Of a DNA stretch of 64,000 nucleotides, positions 36,561 to 48,789 are shown one piece after another. Each line of letters opens with the position of its first letter. The first letter of the stretch is position 1. The notes beneath the pieces were generated by a model, which was not told the DNA's origin, did not search any database, and saw nothing but the letters and a program-made list of their open reading frames with translations. The position numbers were made by a program, and so were the translations under genes. The stretch comes from Somniosus microcephalus. Lineage: Eukaryota. Where the stretch lies: contig JBMRGM010000035.1 in the NCBI GenBank assembly GCA_052327205.1, positions 100,564,001-100,628,000 of the forward strand, read 5' to 3'.

Positions 36561-39500
36561 TGGGTGTTTCTGAACTTATGACTCAGACAGTGGGTGTTTC
36601 TGATGATTCAAACCCAGACAATGGTTAGTTCTGATAAGTAAGTCCTGGATGATTGGCTGTTCCTGATAATTCAGACCCCGACAGTGGGTGTTTCTGATAA
36701 TTCAGACCCTGACTTTGTTTGTTTGTAATATGTTAGATGGAGAGAGCGGGTGTTCTGATCATTCAGGAGCAAGCAGATTGTTTTTCTAATAATTCCAACC
36801 CATACTGTAAGTTTCTCTGAAGATTCAGACACAGACATTGGATGCGTCTGATAATTCAGTTCCAGAGGTTCGTTATTTCCGAAAATTCAGAGCCAGAATG
36901 TGGGTGTTTCTGATAATTCAGACACAGACATTGGGTGCTTCTGATAATGCAGTGCCAGAGATTTGTTATTTCTGCAAATACAGAACCAGGCGTTGGGTGT
37001 TTCTGATATGTCAAACTAGACAGTGCATGTTTCTCATCATTCTGACCCAGAGAGTGTGTGTTTCTGATATGTCAGACAGAGGAGGTTCTCCATTCTGAAA
37101 ATTAACACCTACGCAGCGGGTGCTAATGATGTTTCAGACACAGACAGTGCGACCTTCGGATAAATCATACTCAGGCAGTAAGTATTCATGTTAATTCAGA
37201 CACAAACAGCCGGTGTTCTGATAATTCAGGCGCAGACAGTGGGTTTTTCTGATAATTCAGACATAGACATTGGGTGCTTCTAATAATTCAGATCCAGACA
37301 GTGGTTGTTTCAGATAAGTCAAACCTAGACAGTGGATTGTTCTGATAATTCTGACCCAGATAGTGGTTCTTTCTGATAACTCAGACCCAGTTGATTTGAT
37401 GTTTCTGATAATTCAGATCCAGATATTGTTTATTTCTGATAATTCAGACGCAGACAGCGGGTGTTCTGATAATTCAGACACAGACAGTTGGTGTTACTGA
37501 AGTTTCGGACACAGACATTAGGTGCTTCGGATAATTCAGTGCCAGAGATTGATTATTTCGGAAAATTAAAAACCAAACAATGGGTGTTTCTGTTAAGTAA
37601 GACCTAGACAGTGGATGTTTCTGATAATTCTGTCCCAGAGAGTGACTGTTTCTGATAAGTCAGATGGAGGCAGTTCTCTATTCCGAAAATTAACAACTAG
37701 GCAGCGGGTGATAATGATAATTCAGACACAGACCGTGCGACTTTCGGATAAATCATACTCAGGCAGTGGGTGTTTATGATAATTCAGACCCAGACACTGG
37801 GTGTCACTGATAATTCAGAAACAAAAGCAATTTTTTCCGGTAAGTCAGAGCCAGTCAGTTGTTTCTGATAATTCTGAGCCACACAATGGCTGCTTCTGAT
37901 GACTCAGGCCCAGACAGTTGGCGTGTCTGACAAATCAGTCTCTGACAGTGGGTGTTTGTGATAATTCAGACCCAGAGAGCTTGTTTTTCTGCCAATACAG
38001 ACCCAAACAGTTGTTTCTGATTATTCAGCCTCAGACAGTGAGTTTTTCTGATAATTCAGTCCCAGTTATTGGGTGTTTCTGATAATTCAGACCCAAAGAG
38101 TCATTGTTTCTGATAACTTAGAGCCACAAAGTTCTTTCTGATAATTCTGAGCCGAGCAGTCGGTATTTCTGAGAATTCAGACCCAGTCATTGGGTGCTTC
38201 TGTTAATTCAGACCCAGACAGTGTGTGTTTCTGATAATTCAGACACAGACAGTGGTTCTTTCTGATAACTCAGGCCCAAATGATTGGGTGTTTCTGATAA
38301 TTCAGACCCAGTCAGTGTTTATTTCTGATAAGCCAGACGCAGACAGCGGCTGTTCTAATAATTCAGATGCAGATAGAGAGTGTTTCTGATAATTCTGATC
38401 CAGACTATGGGTGTTCTGAAAATTCGGACACAGACATTGGGTGCTTCTGATAATTCAGTGCCAGAGGGTGGTTATTTCTGAAAATTCAGAACCAGACAAT
38501 GGGTGTTTCTGATAAGTCAGACCTAGGCAGTGGATGTTTCTGATCATCCAGACCTAGATAGTGAATGTTTCTGATAATTCTGACCCAGAGAGTGGCTGTT
38601 TCTGATAAGTCTGATGGAGGCAATTCTCCATTCTGAAAATTAACTCCGAGGCAGCGGATGATAATGATAATTCAGACACAGACAGTGTGACCTTCGGATA
38701 ATTCATACTCAGGCACTGGGGGTTTATGATAATCCAGACCCAAACAGTTGTTTCTGATCATTCTGTGCCAAACAGTGGGTGTTTCTGATGAGTCAGACCC
38801 AGACAGTTGTCCTGGATGGTAATTCAGACCCTGGCAGTGGGTGTTTGTGATAATTCAGACCCTGACAGTTGTTTTTCTGCTAATTCAGACCCAGACTGTT
38901 TTTTCTGATAATTGAGACACAGATAGTGGGTGTTTCTGATTGTTCAGACACAGATAGTGGGTGCGGCTGATAATTGAAACCCAGGCAATGTTTATTTTGT
39001 AATAATTCAGACCAGACAGTGGGAGTTTCTGATAATTCAGGCCCAGACATTGGGTGCGGCTGATAATTCAGAATTGGACAGATCGTGTTTCTGATCATTC
39101 AGGAATAGACAGTGGTTGTTTCTGAACTTCGAGACGCAGACAATGGATGTTTCTGATAATTCAGACCCAGAAAGTCATTGTTTCTGATCATTCTGAGCCA
39201 GACAGTTCTTTCTGGTAATTCTGAGCCAAACAGTGGGTGTTTCTGATAATTCATCCCAGACAGTGGGTGTTTCTGATAATTCAAATCCAGGCATCGGTTA
39301 TTTCTGATAAGTAAGACTTAGATGATTGGAAGATTCTGAAAATTCGGATGCCAACTTTGGCTGTTACTGATAATTCAGACCCAGACTGTGGGTGTTTCTG
39401 ATAATTCAGACCCTGGCATTGTTTGTTGCTGATATGTTAGAAGCAGACAGCGGGTGTTCTGATAATTCAGTCGCAGACATTGGGTTTTTCTGATAATTTC

Positions 39501-42500
39501 AACACATACCGTGTGTTTGTCTGAAAATTCAGACATAGACATTGGGTGCTTCTTAAAATTCCGTGCCAGAGAGTGGTTATTTCTGAAAATTCAGAGCCAC
39601 ACAGTGGGTGTTTCTGATAAGTCCAATCTACACAGTGGATTGGTCTGATAATTCAGAACCAGATAGTGATTGTTTCTGATAAATCAGACCCAGATGATTG
39701 GGTGATTCTGATAATTCAGACCCAGACATTATTTATTTCTGATAAGTCAGACGCAGACAGCGAGTGTTCTGATAATTCAGACTCAGAAAGGGGCTGTTTC
39801 TGATAATTCCGACCCAGACAGTGGGTGTTTCTAAAAATTCGGACACAGATGATTCAGTGCCAGATAGTGGTTATTTCTGATAATTCAGAACCAGACAATG
39901 GATGTTTCTGATAAGTCAGATCTAGACAGTGGATGTTTTTGATCATTCTGACCCAGACAGTGGCTGTTCCTGATAAGTCAGATGGCGGCAGTTCTCTATT
40001 CCGAAAATTAACAAATAGACAGCGGGTGATAATGGTAATTCAGACACAGACCGTGTGACTTTCGGATAAATCATACTCAGGCAGTGGGTGTTTATGATAA
40101 TTCAGACCCAGACAGCGGGTGACACCGATAATTCAGAAACTAAAGCTATTTTTTCCGATAAGTCAGAGCCAGTCAGTTGTTTCTGATAATTCTGAGCCAA
40201 ACAGTGGCTGTTTCTGATGACTCAGACCTAGACATTTGGCGTGTCTGACAAATCAGTCTCTGACAGTGGGTGTTTGTGATAATTCAGAACCAGAGAGCTT
40301 GTTTTTCTGCCAATACAGACCCAGACAGTTGTTTCTGATTATTCAGACTCAGACAGTGAGTATTTCTGATAATTCAGTCCCAGTTATTGGGTGTTTCTGA
40401 TTATTCAGACCCAGACAGTGGGTGTTTCTGAAAATTCAAACCCAGGCATTGGGAGCTTCTGATAATTCAGTCACAGTCATTTGTGTTCTGATAATTCTTA
40501 TCTGGATAGAGGGTGTTTCTGATCATTCAGAAATACACACTGGGTGTTTCTGAACTTCTGACTCAGACAGTGGGTGTTTCTGATGATTCAAGCCCAGACT
40601 GTGGTTATTTCTGATAAGTAAATCCTGGATGATTGGCTGTTCCTGATAATTCAGACCCCGACAGTGGGTATTTCTGATAATTCAGACCCCGTCAGTGGGT
40701 GTTTCTGATAATTCAGACCCTGACTTTGTTTGCTGGTGATATGTTAGACGGAAGCAGCGGGTGTTCTGATCATTCAGGTGCAAACAGTTTGTTTTTCTAA
40801 TAATTCCAACCCATACTGTATGTTTTTCTGAAGATTCAGACATAGACATTGGGTGCGTCTGATAATTCTGTGCCAGAGGATCGTTACTTCTGAAAATTCA
40901 GAGCCAGACACTGGGTGTTTCTGTTAATTCAGACACAGACATTGGGTGCTTCTGATAATGCAGTGCCAGAGATTCGTTATTTTTGCAAATTCAGAACCAG
41001 GCGTTGGGTGTTTCTGATAATTCAAACATAGACATTGGATGTTTCTGATAATTCTGACCCAGAGAATGGGTTTTTCTGATATGTCAGAGAGAGGAGGTTC
41101 TCCTTTCCGAAAATTAAGACCGAGGCAGCGGGTGATAATGATGATTCAGACACAGACAGTGCGAACTTCGGATAAATTATACTCAGGCAGTAGGTATTCA
41201 TGTTTATTCAGACGTTATAGTGGGTGTTTCTGATAATTCAGAGGCAGAGAGTGCGTTTTTCTGATAATTTAGACGCAGACATTGGGTGTTTCTGATAATT
41301 GAGACCCAAACCACGTATCCATCTGATAATTCAGATTCAGACAATACGTGTCTATTACAAATTTGACCCAGTCAGTTGGACATTCTTATAATTCAGATCC
41401 AGACAGTGGGTGTTTATGTCATTTCAAACCAAGACAGTGGAAACTACGGGTAATTCAGACACAGACAGTTGGTGCTTAAGTTAATGCTTACCCAGAGAAT
41501 GCATTTTTAAGATAACATGCAGCCAGACAATGGGTTTGTCTGAAAATTTAGACACAGACAGTGGGCACTTCTAATTATTCAGACACAGACAGAATGTTTT
41601 TCTGGACATTCAGACCCAGGCATTGGGAGCTTCTGATAATTCAGAACAAGGCAGAGGGTGTTTCTGAAAATTCAGACCCAGACAGTGGGTGTTTGTGATT
41701 ATTCAGACACAGACAGTGGGTGTTTCTGACAATTGAGACACAGACAGTGGTTGTTTCTTGTAATTCAGGCCCACACAGTGGGTGTTTCTGATAATTTAGA
41801 CCCAGACAGTGGTTGTTTCTGATAATTCAAACCCAGAGAGTGGGGGGGGGAGAAATTCAGTAGGTTGCACCACCCATTAGCATGTTAAGAGGGCGCTAAA
41901 TGCGCCGCACGCCAACTGGCACCCGGGCGCGGCACTGCACACTCCTCCCGCTTAATTTCACGGGAAGTTAGTGGTGGTGCTAACCGTTAGCGCTGGGCCA
42001 CTGCCGATGATGTCATCGGTGTGCACAGTGCCCCACTGATGCCCTGTCCATGATATTTGGCAGCACCCCCGGATTTACCGCCGGACGCTCTGTCCGACGG
42101 GTTCCGGGGGTCCTACCTGCGGCTGGGGAGGCGCAAATTGAAGGCGATTTGCAGGGCGGTCATTTTTGTTGTTGGCTCCCTGCCAGCACCTGCCTGCGCT
42201 CCCCTCCCCGGCCTCCTGAATCCCCCCCCTGGGGAGTGCCGGCTGCGCTCCAAGAGCCGGGCACTTCTCTTCGGTGCCGGGCACTTTTGCCTGCACTCCC
42301 GAACTTCGGGGGCCCAGCTGGGCCCCAGATCGCGCTGCACAAGGCCCCTCCCCTTTAAGAAGGGGAGGAAGGCTTGCCAAACTGCAGCGCAACGTGCCAC
42401 AGCATGTGGCGCTGAGGCATGTAGCACCATGATATTCATTCGCAGCGCCACAAGAGGGATGCGGGGTGCCTCCAACAGTGCTGCGCTTCCCTTTGGGGTG

Positions 42501-42589
42501 CAACAACTCAATTTCCGGTGTGGGGGTGCGAATGTTTCCGTGCGCTACTTTTAGCGCCCTGGTGAGGCTGGTGCCCCAAACGGGGCTAT

Positions 42590-42942
42590 TGTGGGAAAGT
42601 CACCAAAGAGACTGTAACTTGTACAATTGTCTTTAATCATTATTATTACCTTATAATGTTTGCCCTGTTTAAGCAGCGCGGGATCTATAATATCGCGATC
42701 TTACGCGATGACGTCATCACGTGGGTCAAGTGACGTTCCCAACGGCGGGGAACGTGATGACGTCACGACGTCAGGGTGAGAGGGCGTTTCCAGTTAGTCT
42801 TCGTGGAGTGAGCTCGTGTACAGGCCTGTTTGGAGTTTCTCCTGCGTTCTTTGTTTTGTAATACTTTCAGTTCATTAAACTAAGTTTGTTAACTACCAGC
42901 TTAGTCCACAGTGTTTTGGTTAGGAGTGCACAGACTCCTACA
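42590..42942 (+). repeat. 5' LTR
   Basis: TGTGGGAAAG...CAGACTCCTACA, roughly 90% identical by eye to 46832-47182. Confidence 0.93.
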
Positions 42943-42943
42943 T

Positions 42944-42955
42944 TGGTGACCCCGA
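42944..42955 (+). promoter_or_regulatory. Primer-binding site, tRNA-Trp type
   Basis: TGGTGACCCCGA immediately after the 5' LTR, complementary to the 3' end of vertebrate tRNA-Trp (...UCGGGGUCACCA). Confidence 0.8.
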
Positions 42956-43000
42956 ATCCTCGTGATCATTTTTCGCGGTGGACACAGAACACAGGCCGAT

Positions 43001-43630
43001 GATGGATGCCAACGCTGTGGCATTGAAGCTCCCCCACTTCTGGGAACAACAGGCGGCCTCCTGGTTTGTGCAGGCCGAGGTGCAATTTGAAATCTGCAAC
43101 GTAGTGCAGGACCAGACCCGATATTTGTACGTGTTCTACGCCCTCGATAGCTCGATGGCATCGAGGATCATCAGCCTTCTGGAGAACCCCCCGAATGCTG
43201 ACAAGTATGTAGCCATCAAGACTCAGCTGCTGCAGGTATTTGTCCTTACCAAGGCGCAGAGCGTTCGCTGCTTACTGACACTACCAGGGTTAGGTGACTC
43301 CAAAAGCCCAGAAATAATGAGCCAAATGCTAACGCTCCTGGGGTCCGATACACCATGTTTCCTGTTCCGCGAGCTGTTCCTTACGCAGCTGCCTGAATAT
43401 GTCCAGGCAGCCCTCGCCAGATTGGAAACCGGGGACCACATCGCGCTCGCCAAAGAGGCGGATAATATTTATGCGGTCCGGCAGCAATTCTGCACCATCA
43501 CGCAAAGCCCCGCCCTGAGGGGCCCGACACCAGCTCCGGCGCCTCCGACAGCCAGTTACTGTTAGTACCACACTCGTTTCAGCCCGAAGGCCCACTGCTG
43601 CCGACCAACGTGTAGTTTCATGCCCAGACC
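43001..43630 (+). pseudogene. gag: Gypsy gag-like protein
   Basis: MDANAVALKLPHFW....SWFVQAEVQF gag N-terminus. Stop within the C-terminal Cys/His region. Confidence 0.75.
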
Positions 43631-43689
43631 GTCGAACAGACCTCTGCGAGTCCAGAACACCGGGTCCGGTGCATCCCCCACGCCCACGA

Positions 43690-46650
43690 TGGTGATCGGT
43701 GACTCCGGGAATATCATGTATTTAACCGATTCCATCTCGGGCCGTCGTTTTTTGTGTGACACGGGGGCACAGTGCAGCAAACTTCCCACCTCGGACCTTG
43801 ACATTCGGACCGGCGGACGGGGTCCCCCGCTCCTAGCTGCCAACGGGGTTACGATCCGCACTTGAGGGAAATGAAGGGTGCAAGTCTGTTTCGGTGGCCA
43901 GTGCTTTACCTGGGATTTCGTCACCGCTCAAATTTCACAGGCCCTCTTGGGCGCTGACTATTTAGGCGCCAACAGCCTGTTGCTGGATGTGAAAAATCGA
44001 TGCCTCTTTCACGCCGCCATGCTCGACGGTATTTCAGGTGTGCACAGCATGGCTGTGCCGCACTCGGTCTCCTGCATGCGGCCACCTCCCGACGACTTCT
44101 CCCGCCTTCTCGGGGACTTCCCCAAGCTGACAAAGCCCCCCTTTTCAGCTTCGACCGCCAAGTGTCGGGTGGAGCATCACATTTTGACAACTGCCTCTCC
44201 CGTCTACTCCAGGGTGTGGCACTTGTAGCCCAGCAATCTCGCGGCAGTGAAGGCGGAGTTCGCCATGATGGAGAAGCTGTGGATTATTAGCCGGTCCAGT
44301 AGTCCCAGGCCTTCAGCTCTACACATCGTCCCAAAGCCCGGTGGGGGATGTCAGCCCTGTGGCGACTATCCTCGCCTCAATGAGATAACAACACCCGACC
44401 GTTACCCCATCCCCCACATACAAGATTTCTCTGCGCATTTGGTGGGGACGTCAATATTCTCAAAGGTCGACCTCGTCCGTGGGTAACATCAGGTCCCAGT
44501 GCACCCCCAGGATGTCCAAAAGATGGCTGTCATCACCCCTTTTGGACATTTTGAATTCCACCGCATGCCCTTTGGGCTTATAAATGCGATGCAGGCGTTC
44601 CAGCGCCTTATTGACTCGGTTCTGCAGGACCTCGATTTTTTGTTCATCTACTTGGATGACATTCTAATTGCTAGCACCACAAAGGATGAACACCTCTTGC
44701 ATCTCCGTGTCCTTATTCGATGGCTTCAGCAGCACAGCCTCATTGCGAACGCAGACAAATGCTGCTTCGGCCTGGCGCATCTAGATTTTCTAGGCCACCG
44801 CATAACTTCCACAGGGGCAAAGCCACTTCGAGCTAAGGTGGTTGCGGTCACAGCATTCTCGAAGCATCAATCCGTGAAAGTCTTACAGGAGTTTCTGGAG
44901 ATGGTTCATTTTTACCACTAGTTCGTCCCCAGGGCTGCACAGCTCACGCGGCTGCTCTACGAGGCCCTCAGGGGCAAGATGGGTAAGGAACCCGTGGTTT
45001 GGTCACAAGAAATGGGGCGAGCCTTCGAGGATGCGAAGTTGGCACTCGCGAACTTGATGATTTTGGCACATCCCCTGCCAGGAGGTATCATCGCCCTCAT
45101 GACGGAGACGTCAGATTATGCTGTGGATGCCATCCAGGAGCAATGGGTTGATGGCGCATGGCAGCCTCTGGCATTTGTTAGCCGCCAGCTGCAACGGCAC
45201 GAACGTCGATACAGTACTTTCCACAGGGAGCTGTTAGCTTTGATTTTGCCCATCCATCACTTCTGATTCCTCCTCGAAGGGCGCCGCTTTACTATGTTTG
45301 TTGACCACAAACCATTGACGTTCGCGATGGCCAAGACAGCTGAACCGTGGTCGGCTCGGCAACAATGGCAGCTGACTTAAATCTCCGAGTTCACCACCAA
45401 TGTCAGGCACGTGGCTGGCAAGGACAACATCATCGCTGATTGTCTCTGCCACGCCGCCTTCCAGGCCATTCAATTAGGCATTGACTTCGCCAGAATGGCA
45501 AATGACCAGGATGCCGACCCGGAGACTCAGCCCTTTCGTTCGGTCCCCGCCAGCCTCCAGCCGAGAGATGTACCATTCCATGTGGCCGGTAGCACTCTAC
45601 TCTGCGATGTTTCGTTGGGTTCACCCCATCCGATTGTGCCGTCCACCTGGCACCGAGGTGTTTTCGACAACATACACGGGCTGTCGCATCCTGGAGTGCC
45701 GGCGTCGCAGAAGCTGCTAGTCTCTAAATTCGTATGGAGAGGTATACGCAAAGGCTTCCGCGACTGGGCGAACACTTGTGTGGTTTGTCAACGGGCAAAG
45801 GTGCAACGGCACATCAGGACCCCTCTTGCCACCTTCGAGGTACTGGAGCGGCGTTTCAACCACATTCATGTTGACCTCGTGGGCCCACTTCCACTGTCCC
45901 ATGGTTTTACGCACCTTCTGACAATGGTGGATTGCACCACAAGGTGGCCGGAGGCGGTTCCCCTGACTTCCACCACCTCTGCGGATGTTGCGCGAGCCTT
46001 CATCTCATCATAGGTAGCCCGGTTCGGTGTCCCTGTGGATAATTCGTCGGATCCCGGGCCGCAATTTTCGTCGGAACTATGGAATGAGGTGGCCTTGGTA
46101 TTGGGCACTAAACTGCACTGCACTATGGATTATCACCCGCAAGCGAACGGCTTGTGCAAGCGGTTCCACCGTTCATTGAAGGTGTCACTTAGGGCCAGCA
46201 TCCTGGATGCAGCATGGCTTGATAAATTGCCGTGGGTGATGCTGGGACTGTGCACGGCACCAAAGGAGGATCTGCAGTCATCGGCCATGGAAATGGTTTA
46301 CGGTCAGCCACTTCGAGTTCCGGGCGATTTCCTGCCATCCCCTACATGGCCGTGGTCGCAGCCAGTCAGCGAGAGGTCCATCGGGACGCGGCTCAGTGTT
46401 TCCGCCCTGTTCCGACCTCACAGCATGGTTTGCCTTCTTCCAACATCCCTGGGGAGCTGTCAAAGGCCAAGTCCGTTTTTGTGCGCCAAGACGGCCATTG
46501 TACCCCGCTCGCACCTCCTTATGCAGGTCGGTTCCAGGTTCTACAGACCGGGGACAAGTGTTTTGCGATCGACATCGGGGGAAGCCTGATCACATCTCCG
46601 TTGATCGCCTCAAACCTGCGCACCTGGACCTCGAACAGCCAGTCTAACTG
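43690..46650 (+). pseudogene. pol: Gypsy pol (protease, RT, RNase H, integrase) with multiple stops and frameshifts
   Basis: FLCDTGA (PR); DRYPIP, RMPFGL, YLDDIL (RT); RYSTFHRELLA (RH); H..SHPG..C..CQ, HVDLVGPLP, SDPGPQF, YHPQANG (IN). Confidence 0.92.
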
Positions 46651-46831
46651 GTGCAGCCTCCGCGCTGGGGCCAACCGCCCGCCGCTGCTACGACTAACCG
46701 CAACGTGCTACCTGCCATCTCGGCAACTGCTCAACCTTTCCTCTCCGGGAATTTAGGAGTCGGTCAAACAGGCTTGTCCGAACTCCTTCGTGATTGACTT
46801 TCCTCATTAAATACAATTATGGGGGGGCGTA

Positions 46832-47182
46832 TGTGGCAAAGCCATCAAAGAGACCCTCACAGTAACTTGTATAATTGTCTTTTATCATTATTGTTACCTT
46901 TTAGTGTTTGCCCTGTTTAAAAAGTGCGGGATCGCTAAAATCGCGATCTGACACGATGACGTCATCACGTGGGTCACGTAACGTTACCAAAGGCGGGAAA
47001 TGTGATGACGTCATGGGGTAGAGCACGTTTCCAGTTAGTCCTCGTGGAGTGAGCTAGTGTACAGACCTGTTTGGAGTTTCTCCTGTGTTCTTTGTTTTGT
47101 AATACTTTCAGTGCTTTAAACTAAGTTTGTTAACTACCAGTTTAGTTCACAGTGTTTTGTTAGGAGTTCACAGACTCCTACA
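46832..47182 (+). repeat. 3' LTR, preceded by a polypurine tract (GGGGGGG at 46821-46827)
   Basis: TGTGGCAAAG...CAGACTCCTACA. Confidence 0.93.
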
Positions 47183-47853
47183 CTATACTCAATTTCTACC
47201 CCTGGGTGTTTCTGAATATTCAGACCCAGACAGTGTTCTTTTCTAAGGATTCAGAGCCAAAGATTGGGTGTTTCTAATAATGCAGCCACATGCATTGGGT
47301 GTTTCAGATATGTCAGACACAGACAGTCATAGTTTCTAATAATTCAGAATAGACAGTGGGTGTTTCTGATAATTCACACCCAGGCAATGGGTGACTCTAA
47401 TAATTCAGAGCCAGACACGCAATGTTTCTAACAATTCTGACGCAGACAGTGTTTTCTCCTGAAAATTCAGTACCAGCCAATGGGTGTTTCTCATAATTCA
47501 GACCAAGAAAGTTGATATATCTGATAATTCAGACGCAGAGAGTGGGGGTTTCTGATCATTCAGAACTGGACAGTTCGTATTTCTGATAATTCATTCCCAG
47601 ACAGTGGGTGCTTCTGATAATTCAGACTGAGACAGTGGGTGATAATAATAATTCAGACAGAGACATTGCGACCTGTGGGTAATTCATATTCAGACAGTGG
47701 GTATTTCTCTATTTTTTAAACTTTAACTCTGTGCTTTATAGTTGCTAAGGTCTTTCTGGTGTAGCGGGGACTGTTGGTAAACCATACAAGCGCCCGAGAG
47801 TTTATCTTTAACTGGTGGTAGTGAATTAATTTAAATTAATTAAAGGGTAAGTC

Positions 47854-48785
47854 ATGTCAGGACAGCCCAGCCCCATGTTATGCTCCTCTTGTTCTCTGTG
47901 GGAATTCAGGGACACTGCCGGTGTCCCTGATGACCATGTGTGCCATAAATACATCCAGCTGCAGCTACAAGCAGACTGGAGCTGCGGATGGATGGGCTTT
48001 GGAGCATTCACGATGCTGACAGGGTCATGGATAACACGTTTAGTGAGTTGGTCACACCGCAGGTAAGGGCTGCACAGGCAGAAGGGAAATGTGTTACCAT
48101 CAGGCAGAGCAGTAGAGACAGGCAGGTAGTGCATGGGACCCCTACGGCCATCCCTCTCTCAAACAGGTATACTGCTTTGCATACTGTTGAGGGGGATGAC
48201 TTACCAGAGGAAGGCAGCAGCAGCCAACTTCCTGGCACCAGGGGTGCTTCTGCTGCTTAGGAAGGGAGGAAAAAGAGTGGGAGAGCAATAGTGGTAGGGG
48301 ATTCTATCATAACGGGAACAGATAGGCGTTTCTGTGGCCGTAGACGTGACTCAAGGATTGTTTTTTGCCTCCCTGGTGCCACGGTCAAGGATGTCACTGA
48401 ACGGCTGCAGGGCATTCTGAAGGGGGAGGGTGAACAGTCAGATGTCGTGGTTTACATTGGGACCAATGACATAGGTAGGAAGAGGGATGAGGTCCTGCTG
48501 CAAGAATGCAGGGAGATAGGTCGCAGATTAAAGTGCAGGACATCAAAGGTTGTAATCTCTGGATTACTCCCGGTGCCACGTGCTAGTGAGTATAGGAATA
48601 GGAGGATAGAGCAGATGAATGCATGGCTAATGAGTTGGTGCAGGAGGGAGGGCTTTAGGTTCCTGGATCACTGGGCCTGCTTCTGGGGTAGGTGGGACTT
48701 GTACAAGTTGGACGGGTTGCACCTGAACCAGAATGGGACAAATATCCTTGCGGGGAGGTTTGCTAGCACAGTTCGGGGGGTTTAA
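47854..48785 (+). pseudogene. CR1 ORF1 (Cys-rich zinc finger / coiled coil + SGNH esterase)
   Basis: CSSC...C.K N-terminus; VGDS, IGTND, DGLHLN esterase blocks; frameshift and stop. Confidence 0.88.
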
Positions 48786-48789
48786 ACTA

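Larger units (their letters stand above)
42590..47182 (+). mobile_element. Full-length decayed Ty3/Gypsy LTR retrotransposon
   Basis: TG...CA LTRs, 4-bp TSD CTAT (42586-89 and 47183-86), PBS, PPT, and domain order gag-PR-RT-RH-IN. Confidence 0.95.
41844..47202. mobile_element. Harbinger MITE (paralog of 31184-31950) interrupted by a Gypsy element
   Basis: Starts G(n)AGAAATTCAGTAG and ends CTCAATTTCTACCCC. TSD TGG. Body 41844-42589 aligns with 31184-31934. Confidence 0.9.
30228..47708 (+). repeat. 31-bp satellite array (interrupted by six MITEs and a Gypsy element)
   Basis: Monomer consensus throughout the non-TE intervals. Confidence 0.95.

Noticed and set aside
22060-42554. Overlapping 70-180 aa Arg/Ala/Pro-rich ORFs in the MITEs
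   Set aside because: Expected in GC-rich sequence; frames are not conserved between copies and no domain is recognisable.
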